Origin: the human T2T-CHM13v2.0 reference genome, Homo sapiens
Length of the DNA stretch: 64,000 nt
Direction: 5' to 3' (one strand)
Assembly: GCF_009914755.1 (NCBI RefSeq)
Contig: NC_060940.1
Every line of letters starts with the position of its first letter. Positions within the stretch are counted from its first letter, which is position 1. Below the pieces are notes generated by a model. That model made no database searches. It had not been told where the DNA came from and was given only the letters and a program-made list of their open reading frames with translations. This document shows, one piece after another, positions 28,801 to 44,069 of this stretch. Made by a program: the position numbers and the translations under genes.

Positions 28801-31800
28801 TTCTATTCTATTCAATGGTGATTCCATTCGAGTACATTAGATGATTCCATTCGATTCCATTCAATGATGATTCTATTTGTGTCCCTTAGATGATTCCACA
28901 TGATTCCATTAGATGATGATACTATTTGAGCCCATCCAATGATTCCCTTCGATTCCATTCGATGAGGATTCCATTCGATTCAATTCATTGGTGATTCTAT
29001 TCAATTCAATTCTTTGATTCCATTCCATTCCATTCGACAATGATTCCATTCGATTTCTTTCGATGATTCCACTCGATTCCACTTGACATTGATTCCATTC
29101 GATTCCATTCAATGATTCCATTTGATTCCAGTGGATGATGATTGCCATCGATTCCATTCGATCACTCCATTCTATTCCATTTGATGATGATTACATTCGA
29201 TTCCATTTGATGATTCCATCTGATTCTATTCGAGGATTCCATTTGATTCCATTCGATGATGATTCCATTCGAGTCCATTCGATGATTTCATTCGAGTACA
29301 TCCAATGATTCCATTCGAGTCCATTAGATGATTCCATTTGATTCCATTTGAAAATGATTCTACTAGAGTCCATTCAATGACTCCATTCGAGTCCATTCAA
29401 CAATTCCATTCGACTCCATTCGATGATTCCATTCGATTCCATTTGATGGTTCCATTCGAGTCCATTTAATCATTACAGTCGAGTCCATTTGGTGATTCCA
29501 CTGGATTTCTTTTGATAATGATACCATTCAATTACATTTGATGATGATCCCATTCAATTTCATTTGATGATGATTCCATTAGAGTCCATTCGATGATTTC
29601 ATTCGAGTCCCTTCATTGATTCCATCCGATTTCATTGGATGATGACTCCATTCGAGTCCATTCGATGATTCCACTCGATTCCATTAGATGACTCCATTGG
29701 AGTCCATTTGATTGTTCCATTCGATTCCATTCGATTCCTTTCGAAGATTATTCCATTTGAGTCCATTCGATGATGATTCCATTCCATTCCATTCAATGAT
29801 TCCATTCGAATCTATTCCATGATGATTCCTTTCGATTCCATTCGCTGATGTTTCCGTTCAATTCCATTCGATGATGATTCCATTCGATTCCATTCATTGA
29901 GGATTCCATTTGATTCCATTCAATGATGATTCCATTCTATTCCATTCAATGATTGCATTCAATTCCATTCAATGATTATCCCATTAGAGTAAACTCAACG
30001 ATTCCATTCAATACCATTCGATGATGATTCCTTTTGAGTCCATTCAATGATTTCATTCAAGTCCATTTGATGATTCCTTTCAATTCCATTCTATGATGAT
30101 TCCATTCGAGTCCATTCGATGATTCCATTCGATTGCATTCGATGATTCCATTATATTCCATTCAACGGTGATTCCATTCGAGTCCATTCCATGATTCCAT
30201 TAGAGTACATTTAATGATTGCTTTGTTTTCAATTCGAAGATGATTACATTGGATTCCATTCTATGATACCATTCGATTCCATTCAATGATGATTCCACTC
30301 AAATCCATTGGATGATTCCATTCGTGTCCATTCGGTGATTTCATTAGATTCCATTCGAGGATGATTCCATTCGATTCCATTCGATGATTCCATTCAATTC
30401 CATTCGATGATGATTCCATTCCAGTCCATATGATCATTCCATTTGATTTCATTCGATGATGATTCCATTCGATTCCATTCGACGATTCCATTCTATTCCA
30501 TTCGATGATGATTCCATTCGAGTCCATTCGATCATTCCATTCGAGTCCATTTAATGATTCCATTGGGTTCAATTCAATGATGATTACATTGGATTCCGTT
30601 CTATGATTCCATTCAATTCCGTTCATTGACAATTTGATTCCATTCGATGATGATTCCATTTGAGTTCATTCGATGATTCTATTCGATTCTCTTCGATGGT
30701 GATTCAATTCTATTATATTGGATGATTCCATTCGATTCCATTTGATGTTGATTCAATTCGATTCTATTCGATGATGATTCCATTGGATTTCACTTGATGA
30801 TTCTATTCGATTCCATTCAATGATGATTCACTTCTCGTCCATTGGATGATTCCATTTCATTCCATTCGATGATGATTCCATTCGATTCCATTCGATGATT
30901 CCATTTGATTCCATGCGACGGTGAGCAATTCGATTCAATTCCATGATGATTCTATTTGATTCAATTAGATGATGTTTCCATTCGAATCCATTCCATGATT
31001 ATTCCATTGGAATCCATTCGGCGATGATTCCATATGAGTCAATTCAATGATGATTCCATATGGGTCCGTTCGATGATAATTCCATTTGATTTCATTCGAT
31101 GCTTCTATTCTATTCCAGTCGATGATGATTCCGTTGGAGTCCATACGATGATTCCATTTGATTTCATTTGATGATGATTCCATTCGATGATGATTACATT
31201 GGATTCCATTCTATGATTCCATTCAATTCCATTCGTTGATGATTCGATTCCATTCAATGATGATTCCATTTGAGTTCATTCGATGATTCTATTCGATTCC
31301 GTTCGATGGTGATTCAATTCTATTATATTGGATGATTCCAGTCGATTCCATTTGATGATTATTCCATTGGAGTCCACTTAGTGAATCCTTTAGATTCTAC
31401 TCGACGATGATTCCATTCGAGTCCATTCGATGATACCATTCAATTCCATTCGTTGATGCTTCCATTCAAGTGCATTCGATGATATCATTCGATTCCATTT
31501 GATGATAATTCCATTTGATTCCATGCGATGATTCTATTCGATTCCATTCAATGATAATTCCATTCAATTCAGTGATTCCTCTGGACTCCATTTGATGATG
31601 ATTCCATTCAATGATTCCATTCGATTCTATTCGAAAATGATTCCATTTGAATCCATTTGATGATGATTCCATTAGATTCCATTTGATGATTCCATTCGAT
31701 TCCATTCGACGATGATTCCATTCGATTCCGTTTGATGATTCCATTCTATTCTATTCGATGATGATTCCATTCGATTCCATTCGATGATGATTGGATTCGA

Positions 31801-31845
31801 TTCCATTTGATGATTTCATTTGATTCCATTCGTTAATGATTTCGA
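25806..31845 (+). repeat. HOR unit U5, 6040 bp (6112 -72)
   Basis: The 72-bp deletion junction is at 29771-29794. Confidence 0.9.
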
Positions 31846-34800
31846 TCAATTCCATTCGATGATTCCATTCGATTCCATTCGATAATGATTACATCCGAGT
31901 CCATTCGATGATTCCATTTGAGCCTGTTCGATAATTCCATTTGAGTCCAACCAATGATTCCATTCATTTCCATTCAATGATTCCATTCGAGTCCATTTGA
32001 TCATTCCGGTAGGGTCCATTCGATGTTGATTCCATTGGAGTGCATTCGATGATTCCATTCGAGTCCATTTTAGGATTTGATTCGAGTCCTTTCGATGATT
32101 CCATTCGATTCCACTCGATGATGATTTCATTCGAGTCCATTCGACACTTCCAATCGATTCCATTTGATGATTCCATTCGAGTCCAATTGATGATTCCATT
32201 CAATTCCATTCGATGATGATTCCGTACGATTCCATTCTGTGATGATTCCATGTGATTGCATTCAATGATGATTCCTTTCGATTGCATTCGATTATGATTC
32301 ATTTCGTGTTCATTCTATGGTTCCACAGGTTTCCATTCGTGTCCATTCCATTATTCCATTCTATTCCATTTGATGATGATTCCATTCGATTCCATTCATT
32401 GGTGATTCCACTCAATTCCATTCAATGATTCCATTCCATTTCTTTCAACAATGATTCCATTAGTTTCTAATCGATGATCCACTTGATTCCATTTGACGAC
32501 GATTCCATTCTTGTCCATTCGATGATTCCATTTGATTCCATATGATGATGATTCCATTCGATTCCATACCATGATGATTCCATTCGAGTCCATTCAATGG
32601 TGATTCCATTCAATTCCATTCGATGATTCCTTTTGATTCCATTCGATGATGATGGCATTCGATTCCTTTCAATCATTCCCTTTGATTCCATTCAAAGGTG
32701 ATTTCATTCAAGTCCATTCGATAATTGCATTCGATTCCATTCTATGATGATTCCATTCGAGTCCATTTGATGATTCCATTCAATTCAAGTCAATGATGAT
32801 TCCATTCGATTCCATTCGATGATTCCATTGGATTCCATTCGATGATGATTCCATTCAAATCCATTCGATAATTCAATTCAAGTCCATTCGATGATGATTC
32901 CAATCGAATCCATTCAAAGATTCCATTCAGTTCCATTCGATGATTCCCTTAGATTCCATTCGATGATTCCACTTGATTGCATTTACGATGATTCCATTCG
33001 ATTCCATGTGATGATTCCATTCAATTCTATTCAATGATGTCTCCATTTGATTCCATTCGACCATGATTGCCTTTGATTCCATTCAATGATTCCATTCGGT
33101 TCCGTTTGATGATGATTCCGTTCGATTCCATTTGATGATTCCATTTGATTCCATTGGATGAGTCCATTCGATTACATTCGATGATTATTCCATTCGAGTG
33201 CATTAGATGATTCCATTCGAGTCCATTCGATGATTCCATTCGATTCCATTCGATGTTGATTCTGTTCAAATCCATTCGATGATTCCACTCGATTCCATTC
33301 GTTGACTCCATTTGATCCCATTCGATGATTTCCTTTGATTCCCTTTGATGATCATTCCATTTGATTCAATTCGGTGATTTCATTTGATTCCATTCAGTGA
33401 TGTTTCCATTCGACTCCATTCGATGATGATTCCATTCGACTCCATTCGATTATGATTTCATTCAATTCCATTCGATAATGATTCCCTTCGAGTCCATTCG
33501 ATGATTCCATTCGATTCCATTCAACGATGATTTGATTCGTGTCCATTCGATGATTCCATTTGATTCCACTTGATGATGATTCCATTCGAGTCCATTTGAT
33601 GATTCCATTCAATTCCATACTCCGATGATTTCTTTTGAGCCCACTCAATGCTTCCACTCGATTCCATATGATGATGACTCCATTCGATGAAATTCGATGA
33701 TGATTCCATTCGCTTGCTTTCGATGATGATTCCACTTGAGTCCGTTAGAAGATTCTATTCAATTACATTCCAGGACGATTCCGTTCGAGTCCATTTGATG
33801 ATTCCATTAGACTCCATTCGACGATGATTCCATTCGATGTTATTCGATGATTCCATTCGATCTCATTCGATGATGATTCCATTCAACTCCATTCGATGTT
33901 TCCATTCGAGTTCATTCTATTATTCCATTAGATTCCATTCGATGATGATTCCATTCGATTCCATTTGATGATTGCATTCTATTTCATTTGATGATGATTC
34001 CATTCGAGTCCACTCGATGATTCCATTCGAGTCCATTTAATGAATCCATTGGTTTCAATTCTATGATGATTACATTGGATTCCATTCGTTGATGATTTCA
34101 TTCGGTTCCATTCAATGATGATTCCATTCAATTCCTTTCAATGTTTCCATTCAATTCCATACGATGATGATTCCATTTGATTTGATTCGACAGTGAGCCA
34201 TTCGATTCAATTCCATGATGATTCTATTTGATTCAATTGGTTGACATTTCCATTCGATTCCATTCGATGATGATTCCCTTTGATTCCGTTCAAAGATGAT
34301 TCCATTCTAGCCCATTCAATCATTCCATTCGATTCTATTCAATGATGATTCCATTCATGTCGATTTGGTGATTCCATTTGACTTCATTTGATGATGATTC
34401 CTTTCAAGTTCATTAGATGATTCCATTCGATTCCATTTGATGATGATCCCATTCGAGTCCATTCAGTGATTCCATTCGTTTCCATTCCATGATGATTCCA
34501 TTCCTTTCCATTCAATGATTCCATTCGATTCCGTTTGATGATGATTTCATTCGAGTCCATTTGATGATTCCATTTGATTCCATTCGATGATGATTCCATT
34601 CGAGTCCATTCGATGATTCTATTCGAATCCATTTGATGATTTCTTTTGATTATATTTGGTGATGATTCCATTGGAGTCCATTCAATGATTCCATTCTATT
34701 CCCATCGATGATGATTCCATTAGAGTCCATTTAATGATTCCATTTGATTCCAGTCTCTGATGATTACATTCGAGTCCATACGATGATTCCACTCAATTCC

Positions 34801-37800
34801 ATATGATGATGATTCCATTTGATTCCATTCGGTGATTCCATTCTATTCTATTCAATGGTGATTCCATTCGAGTACATTAGATGATTCCATTCGATTCCAT
34901 TCAATGATGATTCTATTTGTGTCCCTTAGATGATTCCACATGATTCCATTAGATGATGATACTATTTGAGCCCATCCAATGATTCCCTTCGATTCCATTC
35001 GATGAGGATTCCATTCGATTCAATTCATTGGTGATTCTATTCAATTCAATTCTTTGATTCCATTCCATTCCATTCGACAATGATTCCATTCGATTTCTTT
35101 CGATGATTCCACTCGATTCCACTTGACATTGATTCCATTCGATTCCATTCAATGATTCCATTTGATTCCAGTGGATGATGATTGCCATCGATTCCATTCG
35201 ATCACTCCATTCTATTCCATTTGATGATGATTACATTCGATTCCATTTGATGATTCCATCTGATTCTATTCGAGGATTCCATTTGATTCCATTCGATGAT
35301 GATTCCATTCGAGTCCATTCGATGATTTCATTCGAGTACATCCAATGATTCCATTCGAGTCCATTAGATGATTCCATTTGATTCCATTTGAAAATGATTC
35401 TACTAGAGTCCATTCAATGACTCCATTCGAGTCCATTCAACAATTCCATTCGACTCCATTCGATGATTCCATTCGATTCCATTTGATGGTTCCATTCGAG
35501 TCCATTTAATCATTACAGTCGAGTCCATTTGGTGATTCCACTGGATTTCTTTTGATAATGATACCATTCAATTACATTTGATGATGATCCCATTCAATTT
35601 CATTTGATGATGATTCCATTAGAGTCCATTCGATGATTTCATTCGAGTCCCTTCATTGATTCCATCCGATTTCATTGGATGATGACTCCATTCGAGTCCA
35701 TTCGATGATTCCACTCGATTCCATTAGATGACTCCATTGGAGTCCATTTGATTGTTCCATTCGATTCCATTCGATTCCTTTCGAAGATTATTCCATTTGA
35801 GTCCATTCGATGATGATTCCATTCCATTCCATTCGATGATTCCGTTTGATTCCATTCGATGATTCCCTTCGATTCCTTTCTTTGATGATTCCATTCCATT
35901 CCATTCAATGATTCCATTCGAATCTATTCCATGATGATTCCTTTCGATTCCATTCGCTGATGTTTCCGTTCAATTCCATTCGATGATGATTCCATTCGAT
36001 TCCATTCATTGAGGATTCCATTTGATTCCATTCAATGATGATTCCATTCTATTCCATTCAATGATTGCATTCAATTCCATTCAATGATTATCCCATTAGA
36101 GTAAACTCAACGATTCCATTCAATACCATTCGATGATGATTCCTTTTGAGTCCATTCAATGATTTCATTCAAGTCCATTTGATGATTCTTTCAATTCCAT
36201 TCTATGATGATTCCATTCGAGTCCATTCGATGATTCCATTCGATTGCATTCGATGATTCCATTATATTCCATTCAACGGTGATTCCATTCGAGTCCATTC
36301 GATGATTCCATTAGAGTACATTTAATGATTGCTTTGTTTTCAATTCGAAGATGATTACATTGGATTCCATTCTATGATACCATTCGATTCCATTCAATGA
36401 TGATTCCACTCAAATCCATTGGATGATTCCATTCGTGTCCATTCGGTGATTTCATTAGATTCCATTCGAGGATGATTCCATTCGATTCCATTCGATGATT
36501 CCATTCAATTCCATTCGATGATGATTCCATTCCAGTCCATATGATCATTCCATTTGATTTCATTCGATGATGATTCCATTCGATTCCATTCGACGATTCC
36601 ATTCTATTCCATTCGATGATGATTCCATTCGAGTCCATTCGATGATTCCATTCGAGTCCATTTAATGATTCCATTGGGTTCAATTCAATGATGATTACAT
36701 TGGATTCCGTTCTATGATTCCATTCAATTCCGTTCATTGACAATTTGATTCCATTCGATGATGATTCCATTTGAGTTCATTCGATGATTCTATTCGATTC
36801 TCTTCGATGGTGATTCAATTCTATTATATTGGATGATTCCATTCGATTCCATTTGATGTTGATTCAATTCGATTCTATTCGATGATGATTCCATTGGATT
36901 TCACTTGATGATTCTATTCGATTCCATTCAATGATGATTCACTTCTCGTCCATTGGATGATTCCATTTCATTCCATTCGATGATGATTCCATTCGATTCC
37001 ATTCGATGATTCCATTTGATTCCATGCGACGGTGAGCAATTCGATTCAATTCCATGATGATTCTATTTGATTCAATTAGATGATGTTTCCATTCGAATCC
37101 ATTCCATGATTATTCCATTGGAATCCATTCGGCGATGATTCCATATGAGTCAATTCAATGATGATTCCATATGGGTCCGTTCGATGATAATTCCATTTGA
37201 TTTCATTCGATGCTTCTATTCTATTCCAGTCGATGATGATTCCGTTGGAGTCCATACGATGATTCCATTTGATTTCATGTGATGATGATTCCATTCGATG
37301 ATGATTACATTGGATTCCATTCTATGATACCATTCAATTCCATTCGTTGATTATTCGATTCCATTCAATGATGATTCCATTTGAGTTCATTCGATGATTC
37401 TATTCGATTCCGTTCGATGGTGATTCAATTCTATTATATTGGATGATTCCACTCGATTCCATTTGATGATTATTCCATTGGAGTCCACTTAGTGAATCCT
37501 TTAGATTCTACTCGACGATGATTCCATTCGAGTCCATTCGATGATACCATTCAATTCCATTCGTTGATGCTTCCATTCAAATGCATTCGATGATATCATT
37601 CGATTCCATTTGATGATAATTCCATTTGATTCCATGCGATGATTCTATTCGATTCCATTCAATGATAATTCCATTCAATTCAGTGATTCCTCTGGACTCC
37701 ATTTGATGATGATTCCATTCAATGATTCCATTCGATTCTATTCGAAAATGATTCCATTTGAATCCATTTGATGATGATTCCATTAGATTCCATTTGATGA

Positions 37801-37956
37801 TTCCATTCGATTCCATTCGACGATGATTCCATTCGATTCCGTTTGATGATTCCATTCTATTCTATTCGATGATGATTCCATTCGATTCCATTCGATGATG
37901 ATTGGATTCGATTCCATTTGATGATTTCATTTGATTCCATTCGTTAATGATTTCGA
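31846..37956 (+). repeat. HOR unit U6, 6111 bp (6112 -1)
   Basis: A single C is lost at ~36188 (gattctttcaa versus gattcctttcaa). Confidence 0.88.
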
Positions 37957-40900
37957 TCAATTCCATTCGATGATTCCATTCGATTCCATTCGATAATGAT
38001 TACATCCGAGTCCATTCGATGATTCCATTTGAGCCTGTTCGATAATTCCATTTGAGTCCAACCAATGATTCCATTCATTTCCATTCAATGATTCCATTCG
38101 AGTCCATTTGATCATTCCGGTAGGGTCCATTCGATGTTGATTCCATTGGAGTGCATTCGATGATTCCATTCGAGTCCATTTTAGGATTTGATTCGAGTCC
38201 TTTCGATGATTCCATTCGATTCCACTCGATGATGATTTCATTCGAGTCCATTCGACACTTCCAATCGATTCCATTTGATGATTCCATTCGAGTCCAATTG
38301 ATGATTCCATTCAATTCCATTCGATGATGATTCCGTACGATTCCATTCTGTGATGATTCCATGTGATTGCATTCAATGATGATTCCTTTCGATTGCATTC
38401 GATTATGATTCATTTCGTGTTCATTCTATGGTTCCACAGGTTTCCATTCGTGTCCATTCCATTATTCCATTCTATTCCATTTGGTGATGATTCCATTCGA
38501 TTCCATTCATTGGTGATTCCACTCAATTCCATTCAATGATTCCATTCCATTTCTTTCAACAATGATTCCATTAGTTTCTAATCGATGATCCACTTGATTC
38601 CATTTGACGACGATTCCATTCTTGTCCATTTGATGATTCCATTTGATTCCATATGATGATGATTCCATTCGATTCCATACCATGATGATTCCATTCGAGT
38701 CCATTCAATGGTGATTCCATTCAATTCCATTCGATGATTCCTTTTGATTCCATTCGATGATGATGGCATTCGATTCCTTTCGATCATTCCCTTTGATTCC
38801 ATTCAAAGGTGATTTCATTCAAGTCCATTCGATAATTGCATTCGATTCCATTCTATGATGATTCCATTCGAGTCCATTTGATGATTCCATTCAATTCAAG
38901 TCAATGATGATTCCATTCGATTCCATTCGATGATTCCATTGGATTCCATTCGATGATGATTCCATTCAAATCCATTCGATAATTCAATTCAAGTCCATTC
39001 GATGATGATTCCAATCGAATCCATTCAAAGATTCTATTCAGTTCCATTCGATGATTCCCTTAGATTCCATTCGATGATTCCACTTGATTGCATTTACGAT
39101 GATTCCATTCGATTCCATGTGATGATTCCATTCAATTCTATTCAATGATGTCTCCATTTGATTCCATTCGACCATGATTGCCTTTGATTCCATTCAATGA
39201 TTCCATTCGGTTCCGTTTGATGATGATTCCGTTCGATTCCATTTGATGATTCCATTTGATTCCATTGGATGAGTCCATTCGATTACATTCGATGATTATT
39301 CCATTCGAGTGCATTAGATGATTCCATTCGAGTCCATTCGATGATTCCATTCGATTCCATTCGATGTTGATTCTGTTCAAATCCATTCGATGATTCCACT
39401 CGATTCCATTCGTTGACTCCATTTGATCCCATTCGATGATTTCCTTTGATTCCCTTTGATGATCATTCCATTTGATTCAATTCGGTGATTTCATTTGATT
39501 CCATTCAGTGATGTTTCCATTCGACTCCATTCGATGATGATTCCATTCGACTCCATTCGATTATGATTTCATTCAATTCCATTCGATAATGATTCCCTTC
39601 GAGTCCATTCGATGATTCCATTTGATTCCATTCAACGATGATTTGATTCGTGTCCATTCGATGATTCCATTTGATTCCACTTGATGATGATTCCATTCGA
39701 GTCCATTTGATGATTCCATTCAATTCCATACTCCGATGATTTCTTTTGAGCCCACTCAATGCTTCCACTCGATTCCATATGATGATGACTCCATTCGATG
39801 AAATTCGATGATGATTCCATTCGCTTGTTTTCGATGATGATTCCACTTGAGTCCGTTAGAAGATTCTATTCAATTACATTCCATGACGATTCTGTTCGAG
39901 TCCATTTGATGATTCCATTAGACTCCATTCGACGATGATTCCATTCGATGTTATTCGATGATTCCATTCGATCTCATTCGATGATGATTCCATTCAACTC
40001 CATTCGATGTTTCCATTCGAGTTCATTCTATTATTCCATTAGATTCCATTCGATGATGATTCCATTCGATTCCATTTGATGATTGCATTCTATTTCATTT
40101 GATGATGATTCCATTCGAGTCCACTCGATGATTCCATTCGAGTCCATTTAATGAATCCATTGGTTTCGATTCTATGATGATTACATTGGATTCCATTCGT
40201 TGATGATTTCATTCGGTTCCATTCAATGATGATTCCATTCAATTCCTTTCAATGTTTCCATTCAATTCCATACGATGATGATTCCATTTGATTTGATTCG
40301 ACAGTGAGCCATTCGATTCAATTCCATGATGATTCTATTTGATTCAATTGGTTGACATTTCCATTCGATTCCATTCGATGATGATTCCCTTTGATTCCGT
40401 TCAAAGATGATTCCATTCTAGCCCATTCAATCATTCCATTCGATTCTATTCAATGATGATTCCATTCATGTCGATTTGGTGATTCCATTTGACTTCATTT
40501 GATGATGATTCCTTTCAAGTTCATTAGATGATTCCATTCGATTCCATTTGATGATGATCCCATTCGAGATCCATTCAGTGATTCCATTCGTTTCCATTCC
40601 ATGATGATTCCATTCCTTTCCATTCAATGATTCCATTCGATTCCGTTTGATGATGATTTCATTCGAGTCCATTTGATGATTCCATTTGATTCCATTCGAT
40701 GATGATTCCATTCGAGTCCATTCGATGATTCTATTCGAATCCATTTGATGATTTCTTTTGATTATATTTGGTGATGATTCCATTGGAGTCCATTCAATGA
40801 TTCCATTCGATTCCAATCGATGATGATTCCATTAGAGTCCATTTAAAGATTCCATTTGATTCCAGTCTCTGATGATTACATTCAAGTCCATACGATGATT

Positions 40901-43900
40901 CCACTCAATTCCATATGATGATGATTCCATTTGATTCCATTCGGTGATTCCATTCTATTCTATTCAATGGTGATTCCATTCGAGTACATTAGATGATTCC
41001 ATTCGATTCCATTCAATGATGATTCTATTTGTGTCCCTTAGATGATTCCACATGATTCCATTAGATGATGATACTATTTGAGCCCATCCAATGATTCCCT
41101 TCGATTCCATTCGATGAGGATTCCATTCGATTCAATTCATTGGTGATTCTATTCAATTCAATTCTTTGATTCCATTCCATTCCATTCGACAATGATTCCA
41201 TTCGATTTCTTTCGATGATTCCACTCGATTCCACTTGACATTGATTCCATTCGATTCCATTCAATGATTCCATTTGATTCCAGTGGATGATGATTGCCAT
41301 CGATTCCATTCGATCACTCCATTCTATTCCATTTGATGATGATTACATTCGATTCCATTTGATGATTCCATCTGATTCTATTCGAGGATTCCATTTGATT
41401 CCATTCGATGATGATTCCATTCGAGTCCATTCGATGATTTCATTCGAGTACATCCAATGATTCCATTCGAGTCCATTAGATGATTCCATTTGATTCCATT
41501 TGAAAATGATTCTACTAGAGTCCATTCAATGACTCCATTCGAGTCCATTCAACAATTCCATTCGACTCCATTCGATGATTCCATTCGATTCCATTTGATG
41601 GTTCCATTCGAGTCCATTTAATCATTACAGTCGAGTCCATTTGGTGATTCCACTGGATTTCCTTTGATAATGATACCATTCAATTACATTTGATGATGAT
41701 CCCATTCAATTTCATTTGATGATGATTCCATTAGAGTCCATTCGATGATTTCATTCGAGTCCCTTCATTGATTCCATCCGATTTCATTGGATGATGACTC
41801 CATTCGAGTCCATTCGATGATTCCACTCGATTCCATTAGATGACTCCATTGGAGTCCATTTGATTGTTCCATTCGATTCCATTCGATTCCTTTCGAAGAT
41901 TATTCCATTTGAGTCCATTCGATGATGATTCCATTCCATTCCATTCGATGATTCCGTTTGATTCCATTCGATGATTCCCTTCGATTCCTTTCTTTGATGA
42001 TTCCATTCCATTCCATTCAATGATTCCATTCGAATCTATTCCATGATGATTCCTTTCGATTCCATTCGCTGATGTTTCCGTTCAATTCCATTCGATGATG
42101 ATTCCATTCGATTCCATTCATTGAGGATTCCATTTGATTCCATTCAATGATGATTCCATTCTATTCCATTCAATGATTGCATTCAATTCCATTCAATGAT
42201 TATCCCATTAGAGTAAACTCAACGATTCCATTCAATACCATTCGATGATGATTCCTTTTGAGTCCATTCAATGATTTCATTCAAGTCCATTTGATGATTC
42301 CTTTCAATTCCATTCTATGATGATTCCATTCGAGTCCATTCGATGATTCCATTCGATTGCATTCGATGATTCCATTATATTCCATTCAACAGTGATTCCA
42401 TTCGAGTCCATTCCATGATTCCATTAGAGTACATTTAATGATTGCTTTGTTTTCAATTCGAAGATGATTACATTGGATTCCATTCTATGATACCATTCGA
42501 TTCCATTCAATGATGATTCCACTCAAATCCATTGGATGATTCCATTCGTGTCCATTCGGTGATTTCATTAGATTCCATTCGAGGATGATTCCATTCGATT
42601 CCATTCGATGATTCCATTCAATTCCATTCGATGATGATTCCATTCCAGTCCATATGATCATTCCATTTGATTTCATTCGATGATGATTCCATTCGATTCC
42701 ATTCGACGATTCCATTCTATTCCATTCGATGATGATTCCATTCGAGTCCATTCGATGATTCCATTCGAGTCCATTTAATGATTCCATTGGGTTCAATTCA
42801 ATGATGATTACATTGGATTCCGTTCTATGATTCCATTCAATTCCGTTCATTGACAATTTGATTCCATTCGATGATGATTCCATTTGAGTTCATTCGATGA
42901 TTCTATTCGATTCTCTTCGATGGTGATTCAATTCTATTATATTGGATGATTCCATTCGATTCCATTTGATGTTGATTCAATTCGATTCTATTCGATGATG
43001 ATTCCATTGGATTTCACTTGATGATTCTATTCGATTCCATTCAATGATGATTCACTTCTCGTCCATTGGATGATTCCATTTCATTCCATTCGATGATGAT
43101 TCCATTCGATTCCATTCGATGATTCCATTTGATTCCATGCGACGGTGAGCAATTCGATTCAATTCCATGATGATTCTATTTGATTCAATTAGATGATGTT
43201 TCCATTCGAATCCATTCCATGATTATTCCATTGGAATCCATTCGGCGATGATTCCATATGAGTCAATTCAATGATGATTCCATATGGGTCCGTTCGATGA
43301 TAATTCCATTTGATTTCATTCGATGCTTCTATTCTATTCCAGTCGATGATGATTCCGTTGGAGTCCATACGATGATTCCATTTGATTTCATTTGATGATG
43401 ATTCCATTCGATGATGATTACATTGGATTCCATTCTATGATTCCATTCAATTCCATTCGTTGATGATTCGATTCCATTCAATGATGATTCCATTTGAGTT
43501 CATTCGATGATTCTATTCGATTCCGTTCGATGGTGATTCAATTCTATTATATTGGATGATTCCAGTCGATTCCATTTGATGATTATTCCATTGGAGTCCA
43601 CTTAGTGAATCCTTTAGATTCTACTCGACGATGATTCCATTCGAGTCCATTCGATGATACCATTCAATTCCATTCGTTGATGCTTCCATTCAAGTGCATT
43701 AGATGATATCATTCGATTCCATTTGATGATAATTCCATTTGATTTCATGCGATGATTCTATTCGATTCCATTCAATGATAATTCCATTCAATTCAGTGAT
43801 TCCTCTGGACTCCATTTGATGATGATTCCATTCAATGATTCCATTCGATTCTATTCGAAAATGATTCCATTTGAATCCATTTGATGATGATTCCATTAGA

Positions 43901-44069
43901 TTCCATTTGATGATTCCATTCGATTCCATTCGACGATGATTCCATTCGATTCCGTTTGATGATTCCATTCTATTCTATTCGATGATGATTCCATTCGATT
44001 CCATTCGATGATGATTGGATTCGATTCCATTTGATGATTTCATTTGATTCCATTCGTTAATGATTTCGA
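37957..44069 (+). repeat. HOR unit U7, 6113 bp (6112 +1)
   Basis: A single A is inserted at ~40569 (cgagatccattcag versus cgagtccattcag). Confidence 0.88.
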